This document shows, one piece after another, positions 1-8,998 of a stretch of DNA of 41,769 nt. The DNA is from a virus (lineage: Duplodnaviria; Caudoviricetes): the IMG/VR virus record IMGVR_UViG_3300033076_001378, positions 1 to 41,769 of that record; one strand, written 5' to 3'. Position 1 is the stretch's first letter; every line of letters begins with the position of its first letter. Under the pieces are notes generated by a model, which ran no database searches, was not told the origin of the DNA, and saw only the letters and a list, made by a program, of their open reading frames with translations. The position numbers and the translations under genes were made by a program.

Positions 1-48
1 ATTTCTGATGCTGGTAGCCAGAACATTAGGACTTTACAGCTAAGCTAA
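1..48 (+). CDS. 3' end of an upstream gene, truncated by the window (ISDAGSQNIRTLQLS*)
   Basis: Frame open from base 1 to TAA 46-48, same strand as the following operon. Confidence 0.4.
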   Translation: MSDAGSQNIRTLQLS

Positions 49-61
49 TTTCCTGTACAGT
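33..61 (+). promoter_or_regulatory. sigma70-type promoter
   Basis: TTTACA-17 nt-TACAGT upstream of AGGAGG RBS and ATG 88. Confidence 0.55.
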
Positions 62-87
62 AATGATATAACAGGAGGACTACTAGA

Positions 88-333
88 ATGTCAGATAATC
101 CCACACCCCCATCAGCTGGAAGTGCTAAGCCCACGTTCACTGATAGAGATACTGAGAAACTAGTAGAACTCCTGAATTTCATTGCTCTCCATGGTAAATT
201 CAACGGGCTGGAGGTCAAGCAAATTCTCCAGTTCACTAAGCTCCTCAATTGGGCTCAGACAGAGTTGCTTCCCAAGGTAGATGCTCATAAATTCGAAGTA
301 ATCTCCGTCAAACCACTAGGTAAGAAGAAGTAG
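88..333 (+). CDS. hypothetical protein, 81 aa
   Basis: Strong AGGAGG RBS; backbone codon usage. Confidence 0.85.
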   Translation: MSDNPTPPSAGSAKPTFTDRDTEKLVELLNFIALHGKFNGLEVKQILQFTKLLNWAQTELLPKVDAHKFEVISVKPLGKKK

Positions 334-338
334 TACAT

Positions 339-659
339 ATGGGTCTCTCCTTCAATCCTAATAATGCAGACGTACTACAGAGTTCTGTAGTTACAACAAT
401 TAAGGCCGTAAGTACTACTGAAGTCATAGCTGCAGCTTCTACTTCCAATGCCCCTCGCCGACAAACTATATTTATTCGCAACACATCAGAAACTACAACA
501 GTATGGTTAGGTGAATCAGGTTTTACTGCAGGAGCCGCAGGAGCTGGTATACCTATCTACCCTACAGAGTCTATAAGATTAGATATTAATGAGAATATTA
601 GCCTCTATCTCCGAACTGAAGCAGGTTCTATTAACGTAGTAATCTGGGAGTTGGGATAG
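339..659 (+). CDS. small beta-rich putative virion protein
   Basis: Tightly packed ORF; T/S/A/V-rich, with IFIRN...VWLG...GIPI pattern. Confidence 0.75.
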   Translation: MGLSFNPNNADVLQSSVVTTIKAVSTTEVIAAASTSNAPRRQTIFIRNTSETTTVWLGESGFTAGAAGAGIPIYPTESIRLDINENISLYLRTEAGSINVVIWELG

Positions 660-660
660 T

Positions 661-1239
661 ATGCTTAATAAATTTAGCGGTCTTATTGACTTCATTCCAT
701 CCCTTAAGACAGGCGCACGCCTAAATGTAAATTCTCTTGCCTCTCCAGTTCCTTCCCAAGATCTAGTCTACGCTGTTCACAGAATTACAACTGGAGGCTC
801 GGATGCTCTGAATGTTAATGGATCAGTAACTCCTGTTAACTGTAACTGGACAGTACCTGCAGGTGAGACTTGGTATGTAGAATCCATAAGTCTATACTTA
901 CAAGATAACGGAACTAGTGCCCCTACAGCATTTGGATCGATAGCTGGTGGAATTGCTAATGGTCTTCTGATTCAAATTCAAAGTAATGGAACCTCCCACA
1001 ACGTAGCTACAATTAATAATAACATTCAACTACAATTAGCATTCAGAGCCGGACCCACCATTCCCCCAACAACAGGATTCAATGAAACGGCAGATGCTTA
1101 TATCGGTGAGTTACTATTCTACAATCCAGTAATAGTTAAGAATTCAACTTCAGATTACGTGCGGGTTAGGGTTCAGGATAACCTTACAGGACTAGACCAA
1201 CTACGTGTACATGTTAAGGCTTGGAGATTAACTACATGA
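661..1239 (+). CDS. putative virion structural protein, 192 aa
   Basis: LNVNGSVTPV...VPAGETWYV...GIANGLLI beta-rich sequence; operon packing. Confidence 0.75.
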   Translation: MLNKFSGLIDFIPSLKTGARLNVNSLASPVPSQDLVYAVHRITTGGSDALNVNGSVTPVNCNWTVPAGETWYVESISLYLQDNGTSAPTAFGSIAGGIANGLLIQIQSNGTSHNVATINNNIQLQLAFRAGPTIPPTTGFNETADAYIGELLFYNPVIVKNSTSDYVRVRVQDNLTGLDQLRVHVKAWRLTT

Positions 1240-2009
1240 GAATGAATATACCCTGGACCTCCTTCAAGGAAGTAGTAACAGCTAAACAATTATCTATACA
1301 TTATATAGATACGTATGATAGCTACTATCTAACTGCTTATGATAACCGCTTCGAAATTAGATGTCAGATACCTAAGGTAAGTCCAGCTAGTTCAGATCAG
1401 TCTGACTTCGAGACTAATTACAAGAACTTAGATACAACTAATATGTCTCTATGGCAAAATGATACTGACGGAGCTCAGATTGTACGTATTAAGGCAGCTA
1501 AGAAGGGGTGGACCTACTGCGCTATGCCCTTCGAGTTTCAAACTGCCCGCCTCTCAGATACTCTCTTCTCTCAAGATAATGCTGGAAATACACGTAACTG
1601 GATTACCCTCAAGGCTTACAATGCTCAGGATGAAGAAGTTACTACGGCTGGTCTTCTAAATGCAAATTATGCTACAATTGTTAAGACTGTAATTGATTTC
1701 GAACCCCCATTCGATTACGAAGTAATTGGTGGAAATATGCGTACAGTAACGGATATTACTAGTGATATGCGTATGTGGATTGTAGCCGTTCCAGATATCC
1801 CAGCTAATTTGGGAGGGAGTAAGGAGATGGCTAGTGGTATTAATTTACGTTACCTAACTCCGGGAAATGAATACATAGTAGATGGTAGGGTTAGTAAGTT
1901 CCTAACCTACAATGCAACTTATCATACTAATAAATTGCGATTAATAATTAAATATCCAGCAGGAACTAATGAATTTCTATCTACTGTAATTGAGATGTAT
2001 AGAGCATGA
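1236..2009 (+). CDS. hypothetical, probable virion protein
   Basis: ATG 1236 overlaps the upstream TGA (ATGA) and follows GGAG; preferred over TTG 1221. Confidence 0.8.
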   Translation: MRMNIPWTSFKEVVTAKQLSIHYIDTYDSYYLTAYDNRFEIRCQIPKVSPASSDQSDFETNYKNLDTTNMSLWQNDTDGAQIVRIKAAKKGWTYCAMPFEFQTARLSDTLFSQDNAGNTRNWITLKAYNAQDEEVTTAGLLNANYATIVKTVIDFEPPFDYEVIGGNMRTVTDITSDMRMWIVAVPDIPANLGGSKEMASGINLRYLTPGNEYIVDGRVSKFLTYNATYHTNKLRLIIKYPAGTNEFLSTVIEMYRA

Positions 2010-2464
2010 TATCAGTTATCTTCACTAGAGGTAAGCAACCATTCTCCAGGCTAATAATGGCAGTTACCGGAGAGCCGGTATCCCACTGTGCCATTAGATG
2101 GGATAATCTGGTAATTCACTCAGACCTACTAGGACTACGTATTGAGTTCGTAGAGGAGTTCCTAGCTAGATGTGAGATAGTCCACACCGTGGAATTGGGT
2201 GAGACTGAGGAGTTGCGTACCAGGCTAACTAGAGCTATTCTGACTCGTAGGGGCCGTATCTACGATCTAGGGGCCCTCCTCTTCCTAGGTGGAGCATTAC
2301 TTCTACGTAGTAAGCTAGGAATATCACTACCTAAATCCAATCTCTGGAGAGCTAGTGGAATGTACTTGTGTACTGAATTTATTACTGATATAGTAGACAG
2401 TAAGGAAGACAGTATGATAACCCCTATGGGTCTATATAATAAATTGACAACAAGGAACACTTAA
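2006..2464 (+). CDS. permuted papain-like (NlpC/P60, YiiX/YaeF-like) hydrolase
   Basis: His-first order: SHCAI ... YD ... LCTEFI ... ITP. Confidence 0.7.
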   Translation: MISVIFTRGKQPFSRLIMAVTGEPVSHCAIRWDNLVIHSDLLGLRIEFVEEFLARCEIVHTVELGETEELRTRLTRAILTRRGRIYDLGALLFLGGALLLRSKLGISLPKSNLWRASGMYLCTEFITDIVDSKEDSMITPMGLYNKLTTRNT

Positions 2465-2465
2465 C

Positions 2466-2846
2466 ATGAATGCGTGGTCTGCCGATAACAGCTACTCCCT
2501 ACAAACTTCGCCAGTCATTGGTGCTAGCGCTACAAATAGTGTAGTTAGCCGCACTTTCCCAATTACCGCACGTGGCGCTCTACACCTAGTCCTAGCTGTA
2601 GACACCTCCTCAACTACAGTAGCAACTGGTATTACAGCTAAGCTGCAAACTGCAATTGGTGACACCTGGGTAGATTCCAAGACAGCTACCATCTCCGGTG
2701 ATGGTCGTTTCTATATCAAATTAAATGTAGAAGTAGCTGGTGATCAGACATATCTCCCTCTACTCTCCCAGGGCCGAGTAGTTGTATCTACAGGTGCTGG
2801 TGATGCTGTGACAATTGATAAGGTCTGGTTAATTCAGGAATTGTAA
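2466..2846 (+). CDS. small beta-rich putative virion protein
   Basis: T/S/A/V-rich 126 aa ORF within the operon. Confidence 0.75.
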   Translation: MNAWSADNSYSLQTSPVIGASATNSVVSRTFPITARGALHLVLAVDTSSTTVATGITAKLQTAIGDTWVDSKTATISGDGRFYIKLNVEVAGDQTYLPLLSQGRVVVSTGAGDAVTIDKVWLIQEL

Positions 2847-2848
2847 TT

Positions 2849-3328
2849 ATGAGGTGGTGTAATCACTGTAAGATATACCATGAATTAATTACGTCTAACT
2901 GGCTGCAATTAGAATCTCGATCACCTAGGTGTAGAATTCATTATAATGAAACTACTAAGAGATGGAGATCTGCTAATAAAAAGAAAGTTAGAGAATTAAA
3001 TAGAGCAGCAAAATTAACTATATCAAATAAGTATAGTCAATTTAAGAGTTCAGCAAATAAACGTAAACTAGAAGTATGTATATCTAAAGAAGAATACACT
3101 AACTTAGTAAGTCAGAAATGTCATTATTGTGATTCTGTAACTGCAATAGGAATCGATAGAGTAGATAATTCAATTGGTTATAGATTAGATAACTGTGTAC
3201 CGGCATGTAATTTATGTAACTTAACCAGAAATAATTTATATACTTATGAAGAATTTTATAAATATATAGTACCTGGTATAAAAGAATTAAGAAATGCAAG
3301 AACAACTACTAGCGGCAGCACTATCTAG
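2849..3328 (+). CDS. free-standing HNH-family endonuclease
   Basis: CHYC...IGIDRVDNSIGYRLDNCVPACNLCN motif; markedly AT-rich relative to neighbours. Confidence 0.85.
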   Translation: MRWCNHCKIYHELITSNWLQLESRSPRCRIHYNETTKRWRSANKKKVRELNRAAKLTISNKYSQFKSSANKRKLEVCISKEEYTNLVSQKCHYCDSVTAIGIDRVDNSIGYRLDNCVPACNLCNLTRNNLYTYEEFYKYIVPGIKELRNARTTTSGSTI

Positions 3329-4718
3329 ACTTGAGCACCTCAAGAAAATTGAGGCTTTCGATCCAGTAGACTTGAATTCCAAGCCAACTAAGGCCCAGCA
3401 GGAAGTCTTCGATGACTTCGGCAAGATACGTACACAATGGATTGTAGCAGCTACCCAGAGTGGTAAATCGCAAACAGCCTGCCGACTTACTTCCTGGGTC
3501 CTGACTGAAACACACCCAACTTGGAAGAGGCCAGCAGAGTGGGCAGATGAGCCTCTACTTATCCTAGTGTGTGGTAGAACTGGTAAACAAATTGAGGAGT
3601 CTCTACTCCCTAAGATACGTTCCTATCTAGCTCCCGGTACCTACAAGGAAGTTAGAGTTGGTAATATAATTCAGAGATTAGAACACGATAATGGAAATAG
3701 AATTGTATTCCAATCTCTAGAGAACCCTAATGTGGCCCGTGAGAGGATTCAATCCTATGTTGCCCATCTAGTACATGTTGATGAGATGCCAGCAACGGCA
3801 TTCATTATCGATGAGTTACTACGTAGGGTACAGGCTCGTTCAGGCTACTTCCTGGCAACCTTCACGCCTCTAATTGTTAATGATGAAATACGGCGAATGG
3901 TAGACTCGGCAGCAGAGCCCTTCTCTAAGAAATACAAGTTCATCATGTTTGATAATCCTCTCTACGAGGATGCAGAGAAGAGGGCCGAGATTCTAGCCTC
4001 CATGGCTAGTATGCCTGAATCAGTTAGAAATACCCGTCTCTACGGAGAGTGGTCTGTTAATGATGATGCAGTCTACTACTTCAATTACGATAAGATGGTT
4101 GAGATGCCAGCAGGCTACAGCCCTCTATGGCGTCATGTAGAGAGTGTGGACCCAGCCCTGAAGTCAGCACTAGGTCTAACAATCTGGGCCGAGGATCCGG
4201 GGTCAGGTATATGGTACTGCATACGTAGTGAGTATGTCAAGGGAATATATGTTCCAACTGAACTAGTGGCATATGTACGAGACATAACTAAGCACTACAA
4301 TATAATTAGAAGGATTGCAGATCCACACGAGGTGTGGTATATTCAGACTGCGGCTTCAATGGGCCTCTCCTACATGGGAGTCTACAAGAAGAATGACCGT
4401 AAGGGCGAATTAATTAAGGGCCTGCAGGAGAAATTAGGTGGACAAATTAGAATATCTCCGAATTGTGAAGGAATCATTTCTGAACTACAGGAGTGTCGAT
4501 GGTCTGACAGGGCCAGCGGGCGTATTGTTAATGGGTCTAGTTATCACTTGCTTGATAGTGCTCAGTATTTCGCTGATAACATCCCGAAGAGGGAACAAAC
4601 GCAAGTAGCAGCTAGTTGGGATGAGTGGCTCTACAAACAGAATGAAGTTCGTAAGGCCAATATAGAGAAGGCCCGAGTTAGGGTTGAGAAGGGCCGAATT
4701 AGAAGAGGACGTAGATAG
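3294..4718 (+). CDS. terL: terminase large subunit
   Basis: Walker A AATQSGKS, Walker B VHVDE, coupling motif ATFTP, RLYGEW, nuclease SVDPA...HLLDSAQY; upstream of portal. Confidence 0.92.
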   Translation: MQEQLLAAALSRLEHLKKIEAFDPVDLNSKPTKAQQEVFDDFGKIRTQWIVAATQSGKSQTACRLTSWVLTETHPTWKRPAEWADEPLLILVCGRTGKQIEESLLPKIRSYLAPGTYKEVRVGNIIQRLEHDNGNRIVFQSLENPNVARERIQSYVAHLVHVDEMPATAFIIDELLRRVQARSGYFLATFTPLIVNDEIRRMVDSAAEPFSKKYKFIMFDNPLYEDAEKRAEILASMASMPESVRNTRLYGEWSVNDDAVYYFNYDKMVEMPAGYSPLWRHVESVDPALKSALGLTIWAEDPGSGIWYCIRSEYVKGIYVPTELVAYVRDITKHYNIIRRIADPHEVWYIQTAASMGLSYMGVYKKNDRKGELIKGLQEKLGGQIRISPNCEGIISELQECRWSDRASGRIVNGSSYHLLDSAQYFADNIPKREQTQVAASWDEWLYKQNEVRKANIEKARVRVEKGRIRRGRR

Positions 4719-4719
4719 A

Positions 4720-4875
4720 GTGAAACTAGCACTAGTATTGTATATTCTAACTACGTTAATTCCAATTAATGGGCTAATACTAATTGGTTTAATTAACCAC
4801 AATAGGAAACGTAGAATTATGCTTCATAATATACATGTACTGGAGGGTAGCATCCGTGCACGACGCCGTCGCTAG
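4720..4875 (+). CDS. small membrane protein, 51 aa
   Basis: GTG one base after the terL stop; one hydrophobic helix followed by a basic tail. Confidence 0.6.
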   Translation: MKLALVLYILTTLIPINGLILIGLINHNRKRRIMLHNIHVLEGSIRARRRR

Positions 4876-5146
4876 AATATCTATATCACTACAAATGCCA
4901 TCTGCTGAGGCTCCAGTACGCAAGCCCGAAGCTAGTAGAGTTCCTGTTGAGGACCGTATTCGAGAAGCTCTGGAGTGTATTGAGTCTGGAGAGGATTCTG
5001 CCCAGGAGTGGATTCTAGTTAATAAGATATACAAACTACTCAAGAGTAAGAAGAATCTAGGCCCTAGGGGCCGCAACCTCATTAAGATGATTGAACCAGT
5101 TCTTGCACATTACGGCTATCACGGAATTGATAGTAAGAACTCATAG
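4835..5146 (+). CDS. hypothetical protein (start uncertain)
   Basis: Fills the gap before the portal gene; backbone codon usage. Confidence 0.7.
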   Translation: MYWRVASVHDAVARISISLQMPSAEAPVRKPEASRVPVEDRIREALECIESGEDSAQEWILVNKIYKLLKSKKNLGPRGRNLIKMIEPVLAHYGYHGIDSKNS

Positions 5147-5158
5147 GAGCACTACAAT

Positions 5159-7201
5159 ATGGGTATTAAGGTCACAGCCTGGGATGATGGGCTAGCTAAG
5201 TCGGAAGTACAGAAGAAGTTCAAGTCAGCTGTCTCCGCTAGGAAATTGCTAGAGAATCGTTGGATTCGTAATGAGCGAATTATCTATACTACTACTAACG
5301 GACTCAACTCTAGTACTATCCAGAATTCTCTAGAGAACTCCTATCTAGTAGGACTACCAGCTATTGACGGCTCAGATGCTGATATGTCAGTAGCCTACGT
5401 ATTCAAGAACTTCCGCTTCATTCATGCTCAGATGTCTGCCAATCCTCCTTCTGTAGCTATGCGTCCAGCTACCTCAGATGCCGATGATCACAGACGAGCC
5501 GATGCTGCAGATCGTGTAGTTCGCTGGGCAATTCGTCATTACTCCATGCAGGAGAAGGTAGATCAGTGGTCTCTCCATACTCTTCTCTACGGAACTGGTG
5601 TTCTGAAGACAATCTGGGACTCCACTAAGGGTGATATCCTAGAATTCGATGAGGAATCTGGTGAAGCTAAGCTCGAGGGAGATATAGATGTATCTATTCC
5701 CTTCATATGGAACATCTTCCTAGATCCAGACGCTAAGGCAATGGATGAGCTCAAGTGGGTATTCGAGCGTATCTACATAGATTACGATGAAGCCTGTGCA
5801 CGTTGGCCAGATAAGAAGGATATTCTCAAGAAGGCCCTAATTAATGAGAATAATACTAGAGATAATGCTGCCTTCAGTGGTAGAAACTCAGAATTAATTG
5901 ATAGACACTACAATTCTGTTGAATTGCTGGAATACTGGGAGACTGGTCTACCTACTAATGGTTACCTAGGTCGCTACTGTATCACTACAATGGAGGGAGA
6001 AGTAGTTGAATCCTGCCGTCCTAGCCCATTCCGGTTCAAACAAGCTGGAGCTGTACGTAAGATTGAAGAATCAGACTTACCTGATGAAGTTAAGGAAGCT
6101 AGAATTGCTAAATTGCCAGAGAAAGCACGTCTCCCCTACCACATTCTAACAGATATTGATATTCCCAATGCTGTCTGGGGCCGTTCCTTCGTAGAGTATG
6201 CAGCCCAGCTGCAAGATAACCTAGGTAGAATTGATACTGCGTTCGTAGATGCTATCCAAGCTCACGGAGTTGTACGTATGGTTCTACCAGAAGCTGCGGA
6301 AATTAGTGAAGATCAATCAATCACTAACTCCAACTGGGATGTTCTACGCATCTCTGGTAACCAACCTCCCTACTTTGCTAATCCACCTCAACTAATGGGT
6401 GAGATGACCTCTACTAGACAGAACTTAATTAACGGAATTAATGACGTATCAGGCGTCAATGAGTCTATGTTTGGTCAACAGAGTAGAGAGCAGTCTGGTG
6501 CTAGTATGCAGTACGCTACTAACCAGGGTAATATGATTCGTCGTAGGTTGTTCAATAAATATGTACTGGGGGTTGAGTCTACTTACAAGGCAATCCTAGA
6601 CCTAGTACGTAAACACTGGACAATTAGCCGAACAATTCAAGTAATTGGTAAGGAGAAGGCCCTGGAATCAATCGATCTCAAGGGAGCAGATATTGATGGT
6701 GGTTACGATGTGGTCGGTGGGTACGGAGTTACCCTCTCCCTAGATCCAATTACACGTCGTGAGGAGATTCTATCTCTACAGCCTCTCTTCAAGGAAGCTG
6801 GAATTAGTCCTCGTAAGATGCTGGGAATGATGAAACTCAATGAGCTAGAAGGATCCTTCGATGCTCTAGAGAAAGCAGGCGATAGACAGAAGGAAATCTT
6901 CGATCTAATGATTGCTACTCAATCCTACATCCCACCTAAGAAGTATAGAGATCACGAGAATATGATTGCATGGGCACTAGACTATTTCATGACTAGTGAG
7001 TTCACTATGTTAGATGAAGCTACGCAAGCCCTACTGGAGAGACACATTGAGGAAAGAGGACAAATTGCCGCTATGGAGAAGAGTGGTGGAGCTATGCCTC
7101 CAGCTACTTCAGCACAACTATCGCCAGGACCACTCCCAGGAGCCCCGGCAGGAGAAGTCCCAGCCCCAGTCGGAGCCCCAATCCCTCCAACCGCAGGATA
7201 G
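5159..7201 (+). CDS. portal protein
   Basis: 680 aa after terL; LLYGTGVLKTIWD, IFLDP, WGRS, INDVSGVNESMFG, SGASM motifs; Pro/Ala-rich tail. Confidence 0.88.
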   Translation: MGIKVTAWDDGLAKSEVQKKFKSAVSARKLLENRWIRNERIIYTTTNGLNSSTIQNSLENSYLVGLPAIDGSDADMSVAYVFKNFRFIHAQMSANPPSVAMRPATSDADDHRRADAADRVVRWAIRHYSMQEKVDQWSLHTLLYGTGVLKTIWDSTKGDILEFDEESGEAKLEGDIDVSIPFIWNIFLDPDAKAMDELKWVFERIYIDYDEACARWPDKKDILKKALINENNTRDNAAFSGRNSELIDRHYNSVELLEYWETGLPTNGYLGRYCITTMEGEVVESCRPSPFRFKQAGAVRKIEESDLPDEVKEARIAKLPEKARLPYHILTDIDIPNAVWGRSFVEYAAQLQDNLGRIDTAFVDAIQAHGVVRMVLPEAAEISEDQSITNSNWDVLRISGNQPPYFANPPQLMGEMTSTRQNLINGINDVSGVNESMFGQQSREQSGASMQYATNQGNMIRRRLFNKYVLGVESTYKAILDLVRKHWTISRTIQVIGKEKALESIDLKGADIDGGYDVVGGYGVTLSLDPITRREEILSLQPLFKEAGISPRKMLGMMKLNELEGSFDALEKAGDRQKEIFDLMIATQSYIPPKKYRDHENMIAWALDYFMTSEFTMLDEATQALLERHIEERGQIAAMEKSGGAMPPATSAQLSPGPLPGAPAGEVPAPVGAPIPPTAG

Positions 7202-7601
7202 TAAGCCGGTAGTTCCTGTATTCAACTACAGAATTACTCGTAGTATGCTTCTAATGGGTAGAGAGAAGGAGTATCCCCTCACTCCGGAATTGGAAGCTAA
7301 CTTGAGTAGGTTACTAATTGCAGTAAATAAGCTGGCAGAGAAATATGGGCGGGATATGGCAGTATCCTCAGGATACCGTCCAGGCCACTACAATGTCAAG
7401 GCAGGAGGCTCCAGAAGGAGTGCTCATCTAACTTGTGAGGCAGTTGACTTCCTAGATAGTGGAAGGCAACTAACTGAGTGGATTCTAGCTAATCCAGCAG
7501 TATTACAGGAGTGTGGTCTATGGATGGAGCATCCAGATCATACCCCAACATGGGTACACCTAGACACAAGGCCCCGTAATAATAGGATATTTCATCCCTA
7601 A
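7065..7601 (+). CDS. peptidase M15 family endolysin (start uncertain)
   Basis: SSGYR, SAHLTCEAVD and WVHLD Zn-peptidase motifs; TTG 7065 follows GAGGA inside the portal 3' end. Confidence 0.8.
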   Translation: MPLWRRVVELCLQLLQHNYRQDHSQEPRQEKSQPQSEPQSLQPQDSKPVVPVFNYRITRSMLLMGREKEYPLTPELEANLSRLLIAVNKLAEKYGRDMAVSSGYRPGHYNVKAGGSRRSAHLTCEAVDFLDSGRQLTEWILANPAVLQECGLWMEHPDHTPTWVHLDTRPRNNRIFHP

Positions 7602-7623
7602 CATGTATAATATGTAAATTATC

Positions 7624-7652
7624 TTGACATGCTTGTATATAAATGATACAGT
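7624..7652 (+). promoter_or_regulatory. sigma70-type promoter for the head genes
   Basis: TTGACA-17 nt-TACAGT with extended -10 TG, in an intergenic region. Confidence 0.75.
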
Positions 7653-7748
7653 AGTTACACATACCTAGATTCCATATCCTACATAGTGTTGGACTGGTAC
7701 TCCAGGATGTCAGCATGCCTATCCTACTAGGACGGCAAGGAGATTAAT

Positions 7749-8885
7749 ATGTCAGGAAGTACAGCAGATCTGATCAGAAGTGGAATTCAACAAGTAGCAG
7801 CAGGTAAGGCAGTGGATTCAGACACAATTGATGGAGGGACTAGCACCTCATCAAGTGGCGTCCAAGTGGTAGGTGAGGAAGATATCTACCGTGCGGAGAA
7901 CTCAACAAGCGAAGACCTACTCCCAGGTGAAGACGCTCCCCAGGACTCGGGTGAAGAAACAGATGCTGAGGTTAGCCCCTCAGAGGCGAAGTCTGATTCG
8001 AAGCCACAGACATCCAGTAAGGAAGTAATCACAATAACGGATGAGAAGGGTAAGCGCCGTGTTGAGGTCGATTGGAACAATAAGGACCAATTGAAGAAAT
8101 ACGTGCAGATGGCGCACGGAGCTAGAAAATGGCAAGCTGAGCGAGACCAAGCTCGTAGCCAGGTAGAAAAGTTCAGTACAGAGCTCGGTGAGATGAAATC
8201 AAACTGGGACGTAATGAATCGCACTTACCAGGAACGAGGAGTTGAAGGTCTAGTAGACCTACTCGAAGGACGTTCAGGTGCTTATAAGGATGTGATCAAG
8301 CGTGAAATGGATCGAGCCCGCTTCTTAGAGAGAGCATCTCCGGAAGAAATCGAAGCCCTACATGCAAAGGAATCTGCTGAGAAGAATGCTCGTGAAGTCG
8401 AGAAGATGAAACGAGAGTACGAAGAATTCAAGAAGCAGATCACAGAGAAGGAAGAGCGTGCTGAACTAGCATCTCTGGAATCTCGGGTACATCCAGTCTT
8501 CGATAAGTATAGATTTGCCGAGAAGTTAGGCGATGCGAATGATGAACACATGTTCGATGAGATGTTGTGGAATTCAGCGCTGAAACGTCTAGAGCCATAT
8601 GAAGAACAGGGCTTGGAACTGACACCTGAACTCATTGAACGTGAATTCAGATCTGTAGCCTCTACTATTCGTAAGCGAATTGGCCTACAAGCTGAGAAGA
8701 AAGCAGCTAGGGTCGTAGAGCAGAAGAAGAAAGAAGCTACTGAGAATGTACAGACCAAGGTCATGTCAGGATACAGAGCCGGTGGAACTGCCAAAGAAGC
8801 CAGAGACCTAATTGATTCAGGGAACTTAACTGGATTACTCAAGGGCTGGGGCAAGTATGGTGGCCTCTTCAACGGTAAGAAATAA
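7749..8885 (+). CDS. capsid scaffolding protein
   Basis: Acidic disordered N-terminus plus coiled coil; directly before the capsid gene; AAGGAG RBS. Confidence 0.75.
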   Translation: MSGSTADLIRSGIQQVAAGKAVDSDTIDGGTSTSSSGVQVVGEEDIYRAENSTSEDLLPGEDAPQDSGEETDAEVSPSEAKSDSKPQTSSKEVITITDEKGKRRVEVDWNNKDQLKKYVQMAHGARKWQAERDQARSQVEKFSTELGEMKSNWDVMNRTYQERGVEGLVDLLEGRSGAYKDVIKREMDRARFLERASPEEIEALHAKESAEKNAREVEKMKREYEEFKKQITEKEERAELASLESRVHPVFDKYRFAEKLGDANDEHMFDEMLWNSALKRLEPYEEQGLELTPELIEREFRSVASTIRKRIGLQAEKKAARVVEQKKKEATENVQTKVMSGYRAGGTAKEARDLIDSGNLTGLLKGWGKYGGLFNGKK

Positions 8886-8896
8886 TTAATTAACAC

Positions 8897-8940
8897 AATT
8901 AGTAGGGTAGTATCTGGGATACTGCCAGCCTCTACTGATT
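8897..8940 (+). promoter_or_regulatory. bulged RNA hairpin in the capsid leader
   Basis: AATTAGTAG/CTACTGATT and GGTAGTATC/GATACTGCC stems with G-U pairs and a 5-nt bulge. Confidence 0.55.
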
Positions 8941-8998
8941 ACCTCACTGAAATTGAGTAGTGTAGGCTCACTAACTCTAGCATAAGGTATGTAGGCCA

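Noticed and set aside
2462-2488. Second sigma28 promoter (TAAC-15 nt-GCCGATAA)
   Set aside because: The -35 box is imperfect and the site lies in coding sequence far from the next start; it may be chance.
7886-8896. Long antisense ORFs here and opposite other structural genes (e.g. 11620-12018, 29550-29879)
   Set aside because: Shadows of biased sense-strand codon usage; no RBS or recognisable motifs.
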